A stretch of DNA of 33,901 bases, taken from Nitrososphaerota archaeon (GTDB lineage Archaea; Thermoproteota; Nitrososphaeria; Nitrososphaerales; UBA57). The stretch is from NCBI GenBank assembly GCA_016180375.1, contig JACPBJ010000064.1, forward strand, positions 1 through 33,901. Reading direction: 5' to 3'. Shown here in pieces: positions 8,053-17,067 of this stretch. A program made the position numbers and the translations under genes. The number at the start of each line of letters is the position of its first letter. Positions within the stretch are counted from its first letter, which is position 1. The notes under the pieces are model-generated. The model searched no databases, had not been told where the DNA came from, and worked only from the letters and a program-made list of their open reading frames with translations.

Positions 8053-9102
8053 CTATTGGTTGACATACTTACGTTTGAAAGTTTCGTATGCATCAGCAAG
8101 CCTAGCTGGATTCGGAGGGCTCTTGAAGCCATAGGCAGATATGACATGCTCGGCTCCCTTCTCTCCCCTGTCCTTTGCAGCTTTTACAGATCTTACCAAA
8201 TCGACAAGAACTCCAGCGCCGTTCGGTCCGTCTTCAGTTCTGAGGTAAATATCAAACTTGACAGATGATCCTAGAAAGTGTTCTCCTTCGATCCAGAAGT
8301 AGCTAGTCCTAGAATTGCCCATGAAGTCAACATAGTCAGTAGTTCCTGCTACGGATTCAATATTATACGGCACCTCGACGGCAATGGACTCTGTCTTTAC
8401 CCTTCTTTTGACAGCTCTCAGGTCTTCAGAAAGGGTGTTCAATGTCTCAGAGCCCCCTCCAACATCGAGCTGGTAGCTCTTCTTTATCTTAATGCCCCTG
8501 CTCACCATCAAATCCAAGATTCCTTTATGGAAGACAGTTCCTCCAAACTGACTCATTAAATCGTCTCCAACAAGAATTGCCCCGGAATGAGAGTATCTTG
8601 CTGCCAGTTCCTTGTCACTAGCAATAGGGCTTGGCGTAGCATTCACGAAAGAGCACCCTGCAGAAAGTGCCGCTTCCGCGTATTTTCTTGTGGCGGAATC
8701 GCTACCAGAGGAAATCAAGTTCAATACAATGTCTGGTTTCTTTTCTCTTATTGAATCCACGATTGGCTCCTTTCTAGTTATTGGTCTAATACTTGTATTG
8801 AAGGAAGATGGAACCTCATCTCCTAGCAGACCTGCTTCAACATGAATTCCTAGAGGCCTCACACCGACATACTTTGGAGTGACGTTGGGCTTTGCAAATA
8901 TCGCCTGTGAAACATCCAAGCCAACTTTCTCTGGGTCAATATCGTAAGCTCCAACTAATTCGATATCTGAAATTGCATGACCTCCTACGTTTGGATGCCA
9001 CAAATCGGGCTTGCCTCCCTCTGAATAATACTGAATTCCTTGAACGAGCGCGCTTGCCGCATTGCCTACTCCAACTATTGCAACCCTGATCTTGGCTGGC
9101 AT
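8053..9102 (-). CDS. ino1: myo-Inositol-3-phosphate synthase (Mycobacterium/Thermotoga-type MIPS)
   Basis: IRVAIVGVGNAASALVQGIQYY, FVNATP, VGDDLMSQFGGT, LDVGGG, DGPNGAGVLVDLVRSVKAAKDRG align along the full length with Ino1 as I remember it. Confidence 0.88.
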   Translation of the reverse strand: MPAKIRVAIVGVGNAASALVQGIQYYSEGGKPDLWHPNVGGHAISDIELVGAYDIDPEKVGLDVSQAIFAKPNVTPKYVGVRPLGIHVEAGLLGDEVPSSFNTSIRPITRKEPIVDSIREKKPDIVLNLISSGSDSATRKYAEAALSAGCSFVNATPSPIASDKELAARYSHSGAILVGDDLMSQFGGTVFHKGILDLMVSRGIKIKKSYQLDVGGGSETLNTLSEDLRAVKRRVKTESIAVEVPYNIESVAGTTDYVDFMGNSRTSYFWIEGEHFLGSSVKFDIYLRTEDGPNGAGVLVDLVRSVKAAKDRGEKGAEHVISAYGFKSPPNPARLADAYETFKRKYVNQ

Positions 9103-9203
9103 AATCGCACCACCTTTATGACGAGATTTATACTTTGATAGCGATTCGAAAATTTTGCTGTAAGAAAGAAGGATTCATAAAGCACTTCGCGCTCTACTTT
9201 TGT

Positions 9204-9494
9204 ATGCCACACTTCATCAGGTTGGTTAGGTTTACGCAGACCGGTGCCAAGGATCTGAAGCAATTCCCCGCAAGACGAGCAGAGTTCATCAAAAGCGCGA
9301 AGAAGCTGGGCATAAGAGTGGTTGGAGAATACGTGACAACGGGTCGCTACGACATTGTCACAATACTCGATGCCCCAGATCTCAACTCCGTCCTCAAGCT
9401 GACTACGACGGTAGCTGCGCAAGGACGAACGACATCAGAAACTATGAGCGCTGTCACTGCAGACCAGTTCTCAAAGATAGTAAAATCTGCCTAA
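9204..9494 (+). CDS. GYD-domain protein
   Basis: FIRLVRFT..G...........G.RVVGEYVTTGRYDIVTILDAPD pattern of the GYD family. I start at ATG 9204 rather than the ORF-track start 9135. Confidence 0.7.
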   Translation: MPHFIRLVRFTQTGAKDLKQFPARRAEFIKSAKKLGIRVVGEYVTTGRYDIVTILDAPDLNSVLKLTTTVAAQGRTTSETMSAVTADQFSKIVKSA

Positions 9495-9546
9495 CCGCAA
9501 ATTGGATGAACTTTTCCGCAGATGGCCTAGTGCATAATACGTCTGA

Positions 9547-9741
9547 TTACTTTAGTTTCGCAGCGACAGCTAGCAATCCAGAGACTACCATAATTATGGA
9601 AATGAAGTAGAAGACCGGGGAAACTTGAGGAATAATAGGAGAACTGGCAGTGAGCGCAGCTAGCGCTATTCCGAATATCAAGAAGATCACCCCAAGTAGC
9701 CTAACGAGAATGTTCAGCCTGGATTCGACTGTCTGTGACAT
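9547..9741 (-). CDS. Small two-TM membrane protein, hypothetical
   Basis: 64-aa ORF with two clear hydrophobic helices, in an otherwise empty spacer. Confidence 0.4.
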   Translation of the reverse strand: MSQTVESRLNILVRLLGVIFLIFGIALAALTASSPIIPQVSPVFYFISIIMVVSGLLAVAAKLK

Positions 9742-9837
9742 CGCTTAACCTACCCAGACTTTTACAAGGGGGTTCTATATGCATTGCTACGGCTCTAGGC
9801 AATCTTAAATGCAAAGTATGTTGTTGCCTGCGTGAGG

Positions 9838-10566
9838 ATGTCCGAGTATAAGCCTCCGCTATCTAGGCAGCAGTTCATACAAAGATTGAGGAGAATAGGC
9901 GCAAGCAGGTACCAGGACAAACATCCGTTCACGGAAATCCTTAACGATGGAAAACTTACCAAAACTCAACTTCAAGCATACATCCTGAACTGGTATTATT
10001 TTGAGAAGATGATTCCTCAGAAAGATGCGGGAATAATTTCCAATTGCCCTATACCCGAAATCAGGAGAATATGGGTTTCAAGAATTCTCAGGCACGATGG
10101 CTATGGAGATGTTGAAGGGGCCACGGAAGGGTGGCTGAAACTTGCTCAGTCAGCTGGCATCGACAGAAACACGGTGATGAAGGCTAGATTTCTTCCTGGT
10201 GTCAGGCTCGCGGTCGACTCATATGTGCAGTATGCAAGAACCAAGACCTGGCTTGAAGGCATAGCAACTTCCATCACTCAAATCTTTCTGCCTAGGCTTG
10301 TTGAAAGACGCGTCAATGCTTTTGTAAAGCATTATGAGGATTATGTTTCGCCCAAGGGCTTGCAGTATTACATGTCTCTTCAAACCGTTGCTAGGGAAGG
10401 GAGCAAAGTTGCTCTGGAGTTGGTTCTTCGCTATGCAGCCACGAGAGAACTTCAGGATATGGTTACTAATGCAGTATTATACATGGATGACGTGCTATGG
10501 AGCATACTCGATGCCATATATTCAGCATACGTAGTCAGAAAGCTCCCTCTTTCCGCTTCGATTTAG
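9838..10566 (+). CDS. pqqC: PqqC-like protein (pyrroloquinoline-quinone synthase family, haem-oxygenase-like fold)
   Basis: Collinear with bacterial PqqC: HPF..........T..QLQAYILNWYYFEKMIPQKDAGIISNCP..EIRRIWVSRILRHDG..EGATEGWLKLAQSAG, LPGVRLAVDSYVQYAR, DVLWSILDA. ATG at 9838. Confidence 0.8.
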   Translation: MSEYKPPLSRQQFIQRLRRIGASRYQDKHPFTEILNDGKLTKTQLQAYILNWYYFEKMIPQKDAGIISNCPIPEIRRIWVSRILRHDGYGDVEGATEGWLKLAQSAGIDRNTVMKARFLPGVRLAVDSYVQYARTKTWLEGIATSITQIFLPRLVERRVNAFVKHYEDYVSPKGLQYYMSLQTVAREGSKVALELVLRYAATRELQDMVTNAVLYMDDVLWSILDAIYSAYVVRKLPLSASI

Positions 10567-11645
10567 AGGCTCTTTGCCTCTTCGAGCTTCTCTGGTAAGT
10601 ATTTGTCGGTAATAGTGGTTAGACCGTATTTTGAGAAAGCCTCAAGTTCGCTTTTTCGTTTGAGTTTCAGGAACACGTCGAGTTCTCTTTGCCAAATTCC
10701 TCCCTTGTATCTAGGATCCTTCTTCAGTTCATAAATCCTCTTGATGTCAATTTCTGTCATAGGTATTGTTGGAAGTTTGTACTTCACAATGTCAGATCCC
10801 CAGACACCTATCCATTTAGCATCAGGTACTGTAAGTTCTCTCAGGTGTGCAGCACCAACGGAACCAGAAATTATTACCATGGCTATATGCTCGCCGTAGA
10901 CATCCCCATCAGTAAGAATGTAGACAGGCAGACGCAGTTCTCGACTTAATCTTCTGAGCATGTATCTGGTCGAGCGTGGTGCCTGTCCAGAGGTATCTAT
11001 GATGATTGACTTAAAACGTGAATGCACTTTCTCTTCGACAAACCTTGTGAAAAGACCTCCCTTCTCTATGGCTATTATCATCTCTGCCGATGTATCACGA
11101 AATTCTGCAGTGCTGAGGCTTGGTCCTATCAGATACCCGTCTGGGTGCGATGACAGATTTAGTGTCCGACCTTCATAACCTGGAACTGTGTATTCTATTG
11201 TGAGATCTCCAAAGATTGCAGACCTCTCCTCTGGATAGATATTGAAATTTTCTCGCGGTCTTGTAAGCACTGCTTCCAGATCGGTGATTATCTCGTCTGA
11301 CTCGGACTGATCGGTAAACTCAATATCGAAGGCCTGGGATGAATAGAAGACATCTCTGAGTGTTGACGTTTTTACCTGTGTTGTCAGCTGATTTGCAAAA
11401 AATGCCAGCCATAGAAGTTGGGTGAAAGGACGGATGTGCTTTATGTTGCCTGCTGAGCGCGTTACCTTACCCTCTCCGAGTATGTATTGCTTCAGTTCCT
11501 TATCATAGACGATATTCCTCACAGATCTGCTGGGAAATTCTACTTGAGGGAATTTCTTTTGGTCAAGGTCCGTATAGACCTTCTTGCCGAGATCCCTTAA
11601 CAGGGCTCTTAGCTCTTCTTTCCTGCTAGCTGGCGAATTCTTCAA
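10563..11645 (-). CDS. top6A: DNA topoisomerase VI subunit A (Spo11 homologue)
   Basis: Spo11/Top6A N-terminal winged-helix region and Toprim LPVYILTDGDVYGEHI. 20-nt overlap with top6B. TTG start. Confidence 0.95.
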   Translation of the reverse strand: MKNSPASRKEELRALLRDLGKKVYTDLDQKKFPQVEFPSRSVRNIVYDKELKQYILGEGKVTRSAGNIKHIRPFTQLLWLAFFANQLTTQVKTSTLRDVFYSSQAFDIEFTDQSESDEIITDLEAVLTRPRENFNIYPEERSAIFGDLTIEYTVPGYEGRTLNLSSHPDGYLIGPSLSTAEFRDTSAEMIIAIEKGGLFTRFVEEKVHSRFKSIIIDTSGQAPRSTRYMLRRLSRELRLPVYILTDGDVYGEHIAMVIISGSVGAAHLRELTVPDAKWIGVWGSDIVKYKLPTIPMTEIDIKRIYELKKDPRYKGGIWQRELDVFLKLKRKSELEAFSKYGLTTITDKYLPEKLEEAKSL

Positions 11646-13281
11646 GTGTGCTCTGCTTCTCCTCTATCTCTTCGCTTTCCTGTTTTTTCTCTGAAGGTAC
11701 GATTGTCTCCACTTCAGGTTGCTCCAGTTTAGCTGCTTTCTCAGCTGTTTCTGCAGCCTGCTCTGAAGTCTGCTGTTCTCCAATTAGCGTCCTGTATCTT
11801 GGAGGTCTTTTTGCCTGCGCCAGTTCTTGCGAAAACCTCGCAATGAGAGGAAGATATTTTCCATATATGTTCAGCTTCCTCTTGACCATTTCCATTGAGC
11901 CCTTTCTGGAAAGATGACCCTTCAGCTGGCGTAGAACTTCCCTGACCGCGTTCTTGAGCTCTCTTTCAAGTTCGGGCCTGTCCGCAAGATACTCCTTGCC
12001 GACAGTCTTGTAGGGAACCTTCGTTGAGCAGACATGGGTAATGATGGCAATTGGCGCATGTTCTGGTATCTTGTAGTTCTTCCAATCTATCTCTTCATTG
12101 AGAACTTTCCAAGCAACATCATTAGCCTCATCATACAGCAATGGAATCCTGTTGGCGAATCTGAAGAGTTTCTTCCCCTCTTGGAGGACCTTACCTCCAT
12201 ATGCCAAAGCTACCTCAATGACGAACGGGAAGCCTGAGTAGGCCGAAGGAGGTCTTAATTCAATTGCCAAGAATTCTGGCTGCAGCTCTTTCTGTACACC
12301 TGCTTTGAGTATCTCTTCACCCAAAGGTGATAGACAGCTCGCATCTGGTGCAAGAAACTCATCAAACTTGTGAATCGCACCAACTAACTTGACAACTTCT
12401 TCGTTATCAAGAGATTTGGGATCCCTTTGAGGATCCAGTCTTGCAAACTCTAAGAATTTCTGGGCTGTTCTTTCACCTACCCTGTGGAAATTTGCTACAA
12501 GCAGTTTTTGCAGAGTTTTTTCATTTGCCTGCCTTAACAGCCTTCTCATCGCTTCCACATCAATTCCATGCGGATGTGGCTTCGTCTCCTGAGGAGGAGA
12601 GGGCATCGCTTCGGTACCACGGAAGTAAAAGAATGGCTTTCCTTGAGGGTCGATGTAGGTTATGTTTGCAAAGGGGTTAACAAGAGCCGTCTGCCTGAAG
12701 TAATCAGCAATCTTTTGCGAGGCACGGAGAAAGTCGCCTTGAAGAGTAACCTCTACAGAAGTGCCTGTGGAACCATCTCCTTCAACTGTTTCATGGGATA
12801 GAATTATTGGCTTGTTCTCCTGAATGTCTATCAGCATTGAGAACGAGTGCAACTTCTTGCCATCAACAGATGTGGTTATCTTGACGGGCTTGTTAGTAGT
12901 TATCTGTCCGTAAAGAATGGCCATCGTGCCACCCATGCCGAACATTCCTCTAGCCTGCCTGAGTTTGAACTTGGAGCCGTAGAATACTCGAGCGAAAGCG
13001 TTGGGGGCGTGTTTTGGATCAATGCCAAGGCCATTGTCCTGCACTCTGAGCACATATGCTCTGGGATCGGCTGATTCACCCTTTGGATCGAGAGGGGTTA
13101 TTCGAACATGAACTTCAGGCAATATTCCTGCTGTTTCACATGCGTCAAGAGAGTTCTCTACGAGCTCTCTGGCTGCCATGTACAACGCTCTAGCAGGGTT
13201 GCTGAACCCAGCAAGATCCCTGTTCCTATAGAAGAATTCACTGGGAGAAATTTCACTGAAAGTAACTTGAGCGCTAACCAA
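11626..13281 (-). CDS. top6B: DNA topoisomerase VI subunit B (GHKL ATPase)
   Basis: Bergerat-fold motifs ELVENSLDA, DNGLGI, GMFGMGG. Transducer domain. Acidic C-terminal tail. TTG start. Confidence 0.95.
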   Translation of the reverse strand: MVSAQVTFSEISPSEFFYRNRDLAGFSNPARALYMAARELVENSLDACETAGILPEVHVRITPLDPKGESADPRAYVLRVQDNGLGIDPKHAPNAFARVFYGSKFKLRQARGMFGMGGTMAILYGQITTNKPVKITTSVDGKKLHSFSMLIDIQENKPIILSHETVEGDGSTGTSVEVTLQGDFLRASQKIADYFRQTALVNPFANITYIDPQGKPFFYFRGTEAMPSPPQETKPHPHGIDVEAMRRLLRQANEKTLQKLLVANFHRVGERTAQKFLEFARLDPQRDPKSLDNEEVVKLVGAIHKFDEFLAPDASCLSPLGEEILKAGVQKELQPEFLAIELRPPSAYSGFPFVIEVALAYGGKVLQEGKKLFRFANRIPLLYDEANDVAWKVLNEEIDWKNYKIPEHAPIAIITHVCSTKVPYKTVGKEYLADRPELERELKNAVREVLRQLKGHLSRKGSMEMVKRKLNIYGKYLPLIARFSQELAQAKRPPRYRTLIGEQQTSEQAAETAEKAAKLEQPEVETIVPSEKKQESEEIEEKQSTLEEFAS

Positions 13282-13843
13282 TTGGACTCTCCTCCCAGAG
13301 CTTCAGCCTTTCAAGCTTCGCTTCGGTCTTTCTCTTTTGTAGCATGGTATAAACGGCTTTGTGAGGACTTCCCGAAGCGAGCATGTCAAAAGCTTCCTGC
13401 CCCAGCTTTACCTGCTTTGTAGTCCCTATCAGTGAAACCGTATGCCCATAGACAGAAATATATGTTCCTGTGAGCTCTTCAATTATTTTCCTAGCTTTTC
13501 CCTGAAAACCGATAACTCTTCCTTTGATTCTTTCAAGAGAGTTTCTCGACTTCCCAGCATATTGCCGCAGATCCATAATATCCAACACAGTATCTTCTTT
13601 CATCAAGCGCCCAGCTCTCTCAGGTGAGAAACCTCTTGCAACGGCAGTCACTAGCTGGACAGCCTTAATTGGATCAGAAGTTTCCAAATCTTCTCCACCC
13701 ACAACTGCAACTTCTCCAGTATCACTATTAATTTCGAGAGTGATGTTACATTGCACCTCTATCCACTTCTTGACCTTCCCCTGCTTACCCACGAGCGCGC
13801 CTAGGCGGTCAGATGATACGCGTATTGTTTGACGAAAACTCAT
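13274..13843 (-). CDS. Double KH-domain RNA-binding protein (Dim2/Pno1-like)
   Basis: Two KH GXXG loops (GKQG, GFQGKAR). Start taken at ATG 13843. Overlaps the Rio stop by 35 nt and the top6B start by 8 nt. Confidence 0.85.
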   Translation of the reverse strand: MSFRQTIRVSSDRLGALVGKQGKVKKWIEVQCNITLEINSDTGEVAVVGGEDLETSDPIKAVQLVTAVARGFSPERAGRLMKEDTVLDIMDLRQYAGKSRNSLERIKGRVIGFQGKARKIIEELTGTYISVYGHTVSLIGTTKQVKLGQEAFDMLASGSPHKAVYTMLQKRKTEAKLERLKLWEESPIG

Positions 13844-14630
13844 CTCCAACAATCTCCCTTGCAAGCTGATCGAGCGGGACTACCTCTACCCTGTTTTTAG
13901 AAAAGAAATGGTTTACGTTGGTTAAATCTCTAATCAAAAATTGTTGATTCAATGGATGGCGTATGTCTACAGATGATCCCATGTCAAAAATCACCAGTTT
14001 TCCGTCCCCCTTGAATATGTTGAATTCCGACATGTCTGCGTGAACAAGATTAGCCTTCTGGTAGAGTTTCTTGATCATCGAGATAATACGCTTGTAGTCA
14101 GATTTCGTAGCCGAAGACTCAGCAAGCAGAGGCAGAGGCCTTCCATTCTTGCCAATGAATTCCATCAGCAGAACATTTTTCTTTACAACTATAGGTTTTG
14201 GTACGCTGATACCATTCTCATACGCAGTTCGCAGATTCTTAAACTCCTTCTGCGCCCATACCTCAACCACTCTGTGAGACCAGCCCTTGATGGCTTTGAA
14301 CCGAGGATCTCCAGAAATGTAGACCATCCTCTTCTTGAATTCCACAGAGGTTGTGAGATAGATCTTGACAGCGACATCTTCGCCTTTGGAAGTAACACCC
14401 CAGTAAACCCTAGACTCTTTTCCAGCGCTGATAACGCCATTTAAATGACGAATATATCCTGCATTCATCAAATCATAGAGAGTCAGTCTAGTCGGTTTGT
14501 CGAATACCTCCTCTATGACCTGAAAGTCCTCGGATCTCTTAACCAGATAGCGACTCTCTTTCTCGTACCGATCTACTTGGCGAAGTGCCTTCTTTTCAGC
14601 ACCTTCACCCTGTTCTTCTATGGAGTTCAA
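13809..14630 (-). CDS. rio1: RIO-type serine/threonine protein kinase (Rio1-like, no N-terminal wHTH)
   Basis: ISAGKESRVYWG, VAVKIY, LVHADMSEFNI, IFDMGSSV. TTG start required. Confidence 0.9.
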   Translation of the reverse strand: MNSIEEQGEGAEKKALRQVDRYEKESRYLVKRSEDFQVIEEVFDKPTRLTLYDLMNAGYIRHLNGVISAGKESRVYWGVTSKGEDVAVKIYLTTSVEFKKRMVYISGDPRFKAIKGWSHRVVEVWAQKEFKNLRTAYENGISVPKPIVVKKNVLLMEFIGKNGRPLPLLAESSATKSDYKRIISMIKKLYQKANLVHADMSEFNIFKGDGKLVIFDMGSSVDIRHPLNQQFLIRDLTNVNHFFSKNRVEVVPLDQLAREIVGDEFSSNNTRII

Positions 14631-14640
14631 GACAAAAAGC

Positions 14641-14946
14641 CTAGGAGAACTTGTAGATCATAAGAAAAGCGGTTCCTCCTACTACTCTGACCGCTTCCCT
14701 GCTAGCCATCTCTGCCTCTAAGACCAAATCAACTATCTTCTTGCCAACCAAGTTAGCTACGTCGGAATTGCGTATCAATTCGATGACCTCTTGAGTATTA
14801 ACCAGATCCCCCTCGAAATACTCCCTTGAGATTTTCATCTGGAAACCACCATCATTGATAATCGTCCCCACGAGTTCTGGATCGCAAACATTCACAATTT
14901 TGACATCCTTGCCTGCTAATGTTCTGACCATGAATCCTTGCATCAA
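14641..14946 (-). CDS. DUF424-family protein
   Basis: About 100 aa. The pattern V.VCDPELVG......G..M.I...FY.G......E........NLVG resembles archaeal DUF424 (COG2412), which commonly sits beside translation-factor genes. Confidence 0.6.
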   Translation of the reverse strand: MMQGFMVRTLAGKDVKIVNVCDPELVGTIINDGGFQMKISREYFEGDLVNTQEVIELIRNSDVANLVGKKIVDLVLEAEMASREAVRVVGGTAFLMIYKFS

Positions 14947-14948
14947 GC

Positions 14949-15398
14949 TTAGCCTTGCCCAGTAGGTGACCTAGCGCCACAAGCTTCGCAGACAAGAATC
15001 TGCACCCTCCTTTCCTTGTCTGGATGAGTATCCGGGCTACCACAGACAGTACATATAACATATCGAGTCATGTACCTGTTTATCAGAACAGAGAAAGACT
15101 GAGGATCTTTCCTGCCTATGAATATGGCTCTGTCGCCATCCTGCGATGCCGCAGTTGCAAGTTCTTTTGCTAGGAACATAAGCAAATGGCCAGCATCCCT
15201 TCTGAGAATCTTTGGAAAGTCGCTGAAATTCCTGAATACCGATTTGTTACCCAGCCAGTACACACTAGGTTCAGGAATCTCGAGTCTGGTCACCTTACTC
15301 TTCGTGGCCACCTTACCCAAATTCTCTCTCAAACGGTTAAGAAGGGCATCGTACTGCTCCGACAATGCATTATCAACGATATAACCGAATTCATGCAA
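14949..15398 (-). CDS. eif2b: Translation initiation factor aIF2 beta subunit
   Basis: YDALLNRL, conserved core FRNF..ILRRDAGHLLMFLAKELAT, C-terminal Zn ribbon CTVCGSPDT..CEACGA. Confidence 0.9.
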   Translation of the reverse strand: MHEFGYIVDNALSEQYDALLNRLRENLGKVATKSKVTRLEIPEPSVYWLGNKSVFRNFSDFPKILRRDAGHLLMFLAKELATAASQDGDRAIFIGRKDPQSFSVLINRYMTRYVICTVCGSPDTHPDKERRVQILVCEACGARSPTGQG

Positions 15399-15455
15399 TA
15401 TAACGCTTCCTGAGATCAGATTATATTCATGTATCTTTTGGGATTGGTGACAAGC

Positions 15456-15971
15456 ATGGATCTTAAGAAGAAGATCAGGAATATCAAAGACTTCCCTAAG
15501 AAAGGTATCATCTTCCGGGACATCACCCCCATATTGAAAGATCCTGAAGCATTCTCATACGTCACTGAAAGATTTGCAAAAGAATTCCCACCTAGAAATT
15601 ACGACCTCGTGGCAGGAATAGAGTCAAGGGGCTTTATCTTCGGCGCTGCACTTGCAGTAAAAATGGGTAAGGGTTTGGTCATAGTAAGAAAACAGGGGAA
15701 GCTGCCTGGGGACACGATAGCGAAGAGCTACGACATTGAGTATGGCAGTGCTACAATGGAGATACAGACTGACGCCGTAAAGAAGGGAGATCGCGTTCTG
15801 ATAATAGATGATTTGCTTGCTACTGGAGGCACTGCTCAAGCAGCAGCAGCACTAGTGGAAAAGCTCGGAGGCAAAGTGGTTGGAATGGGGTTCGTCATCG
15901 AGCTCGTGGCGCTTGATGGGAAGAAGAAACTTTCAAAATACAATATGAAGACGCTGGTGAGGTATTCGTAA
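15456..15971 (+). CDS. apt: Adenine phosphoribosyltransferase
   Basis: DFPKKGIIFRDITP, PRPP loop VLIIDDLLATGGT. ATG at 15456 preferred over the ORF-track start 15429. Confidence 0.9.
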   Translation: MDLKKKIRNIKDFPKKGIIFRDITPILKDPEAFSYVTERFAKEFPPRNYDLVAGIESRGFIFGAALAVKMGKGLVIVRKQGKLPGDTIAKSYDIEYGSATMEIQTDAVKKGDRVLIIDDLLATGGTAQAAAALVEKLGGKVVGMGFVIELVALDGKKKLSKYNMKTLVRYS

Positions 15972-16766
15972 ATGACCAAGGAAAAGGCTGAGATTGGGAT
16001 AATCGGAGGAACCGGAGTCTATGATCCAGGATTACTCGAAGATGCAAAATCCATCAAAGTGTACACGCCCTATGGAGAGCCTTCTGATTACGTAACTGTA
16101 GGGGTATTCAAAGGAAGAAAAGTGGCTTTCCTCCCTCGACACGGTAAGGGTCATCGCATACCCCCTCACAAAATCAACTATAGAGCAAACATATGGGCCT
16201 TCAAGGAGCTTGGCGTTACCAGAATCGTTGCCCCATCAGCGGTAGGATCGTTGAAGGAAGAGATGGAGCCTGGGCATACCGTAATCCCCGACCAGTTCAT
16301 TGACAGGACGCGCTCGAGACCAAGCACCTTCTACGAAGGGGGCTTTGTCTGCCATGTTTCTACCGCTGACCCATTCTGCCCCGAGATTAGGAAACTTGCA
16401 ATAGGATCGGCAAAGAAACTCAAAATTGACGTTCACGATTACGGAACATATGTCTGCATAGAAGGGCCAAGATTCTCAACCAGAGCAGAGTCTAAGATGT
16501 TTCGCCAGTGGGGCGCTCACATAATAGGGATGACGCTTGTTCCAGAAGTGGTTCTGGCCAGAGAGGCAGAAATGTGCTACGTCAACATAGCAACTGTAAC
16601 CGATTACGATGTCTGGGCAGACAAACCAGTTAGCGCTGAAGAAGTTGTTGAAACGCTCAGGAAGAACGTAGATAAGACGAAGAAGATGCTGGAAAGAATC
16701 ATCCCTGAGATTCCAAAAAAGAGAAGATGTACTTGCGGGCAAGCGCTTGAAGGCGCTATATATTAG
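15972..16766 (+). CDS. mtnP: S-methyl-5'-thioadenosine phosphorylase (MTAP)
   Basis: IGIIGGTG, LPRHGKGHRIPPHKINYRANIWA, GMTLVPE. Its ATG abuts the apt stop. Confidence 0.9.
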   Translation: MTKEKAEIGIIGGTGVYDPGLLEDAKSIKVYTPYGEPSDYVTVGVFKGRKVAFLPRHGKGHRIPPHKINYRANIWAFKELGVTRIVAPSAVGSLKEEMEPGHTVIPDQFIDRTRSRPSTFYEGGFVCHVSTADPFCPEIRKLAIGSAKKLKIDVHDYGTYVCIEGPRFSTRAESKMFRQWGAHIIGMTLVPEVVLAREAEMCYVNIATVTDYDVWADKPVSAEEVVETLRKNVDKTKKMLERIIPEIPKKRRCTCGQALEGAIY

Positions 16767-16883
16767 GTTCGATTAAGCTGCACACTCGTTCCAAACGATC
16801 CCCCTATACGGGGAGTCATGCACGTGTGCGTGCTTTGCAAATAGAACTGTAAGCTATCTACTCTAGTAAAGTACTAAGTACTC
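16756..16883 (+). repeat. Intergenic repeat family, copy A (modules b-c-d, weak a)
   Basis: CTATATAT overlapping the MTAP stop. ATCCCCCTATACGGGGAG(16798-16815). CATGCACGTGTGCGTGC. CTTTGCAAAT(16833-16842). TACTCTAG..TAAGTACTC(16859-16883). Confidence 0.55.
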
Positions 16884-17067
16884 TTCTTTCCTTATACTCT
16901 ATGCCCCTAGGTATATACCAATCAGAGGGAATCGAATATCAGTTTCACGACTAGAAGGCGTGCGGCTCGCAATATTTTTTAATTAGAGCAAAGCAAGGTT
17001 ATACAGCAGTGATGCGTGTAAGACAGCGAGCAATTACGTCTCCGATGTTATCAATTCTGCTCCCCGC

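Noticed and set aside
9135-9203. Upstream extension of the GYD ORF as listed in the track (MIAIRKFCCKKEGFIKHFALYFC)
   Set aside because: The extension has no homology to the GYD fold and would eliminate the divergent promoter spacer. ATG 9204 gives the canonical FIRLVRFT N-terminus.
15429-15455. Longer N-termini proposed by the track for apt (15429), L12 (19335), dCMP deaminase (19114) and the KH protein (13864)
   Set aside because: In each case an ATG a few codons downstream gives the N-terminus typical for the family, and the extra residues are non-conserved.
17009-17060. Possible C/D-box sRNA upstream of SUI1 (GTGATGC ... CGATGTT ... CTGC)
   Set aside because: The C box is imperfect. No CTGA D or D' boxes are present, and the second guide region would be only 7 nt. 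There is no terminal stem.
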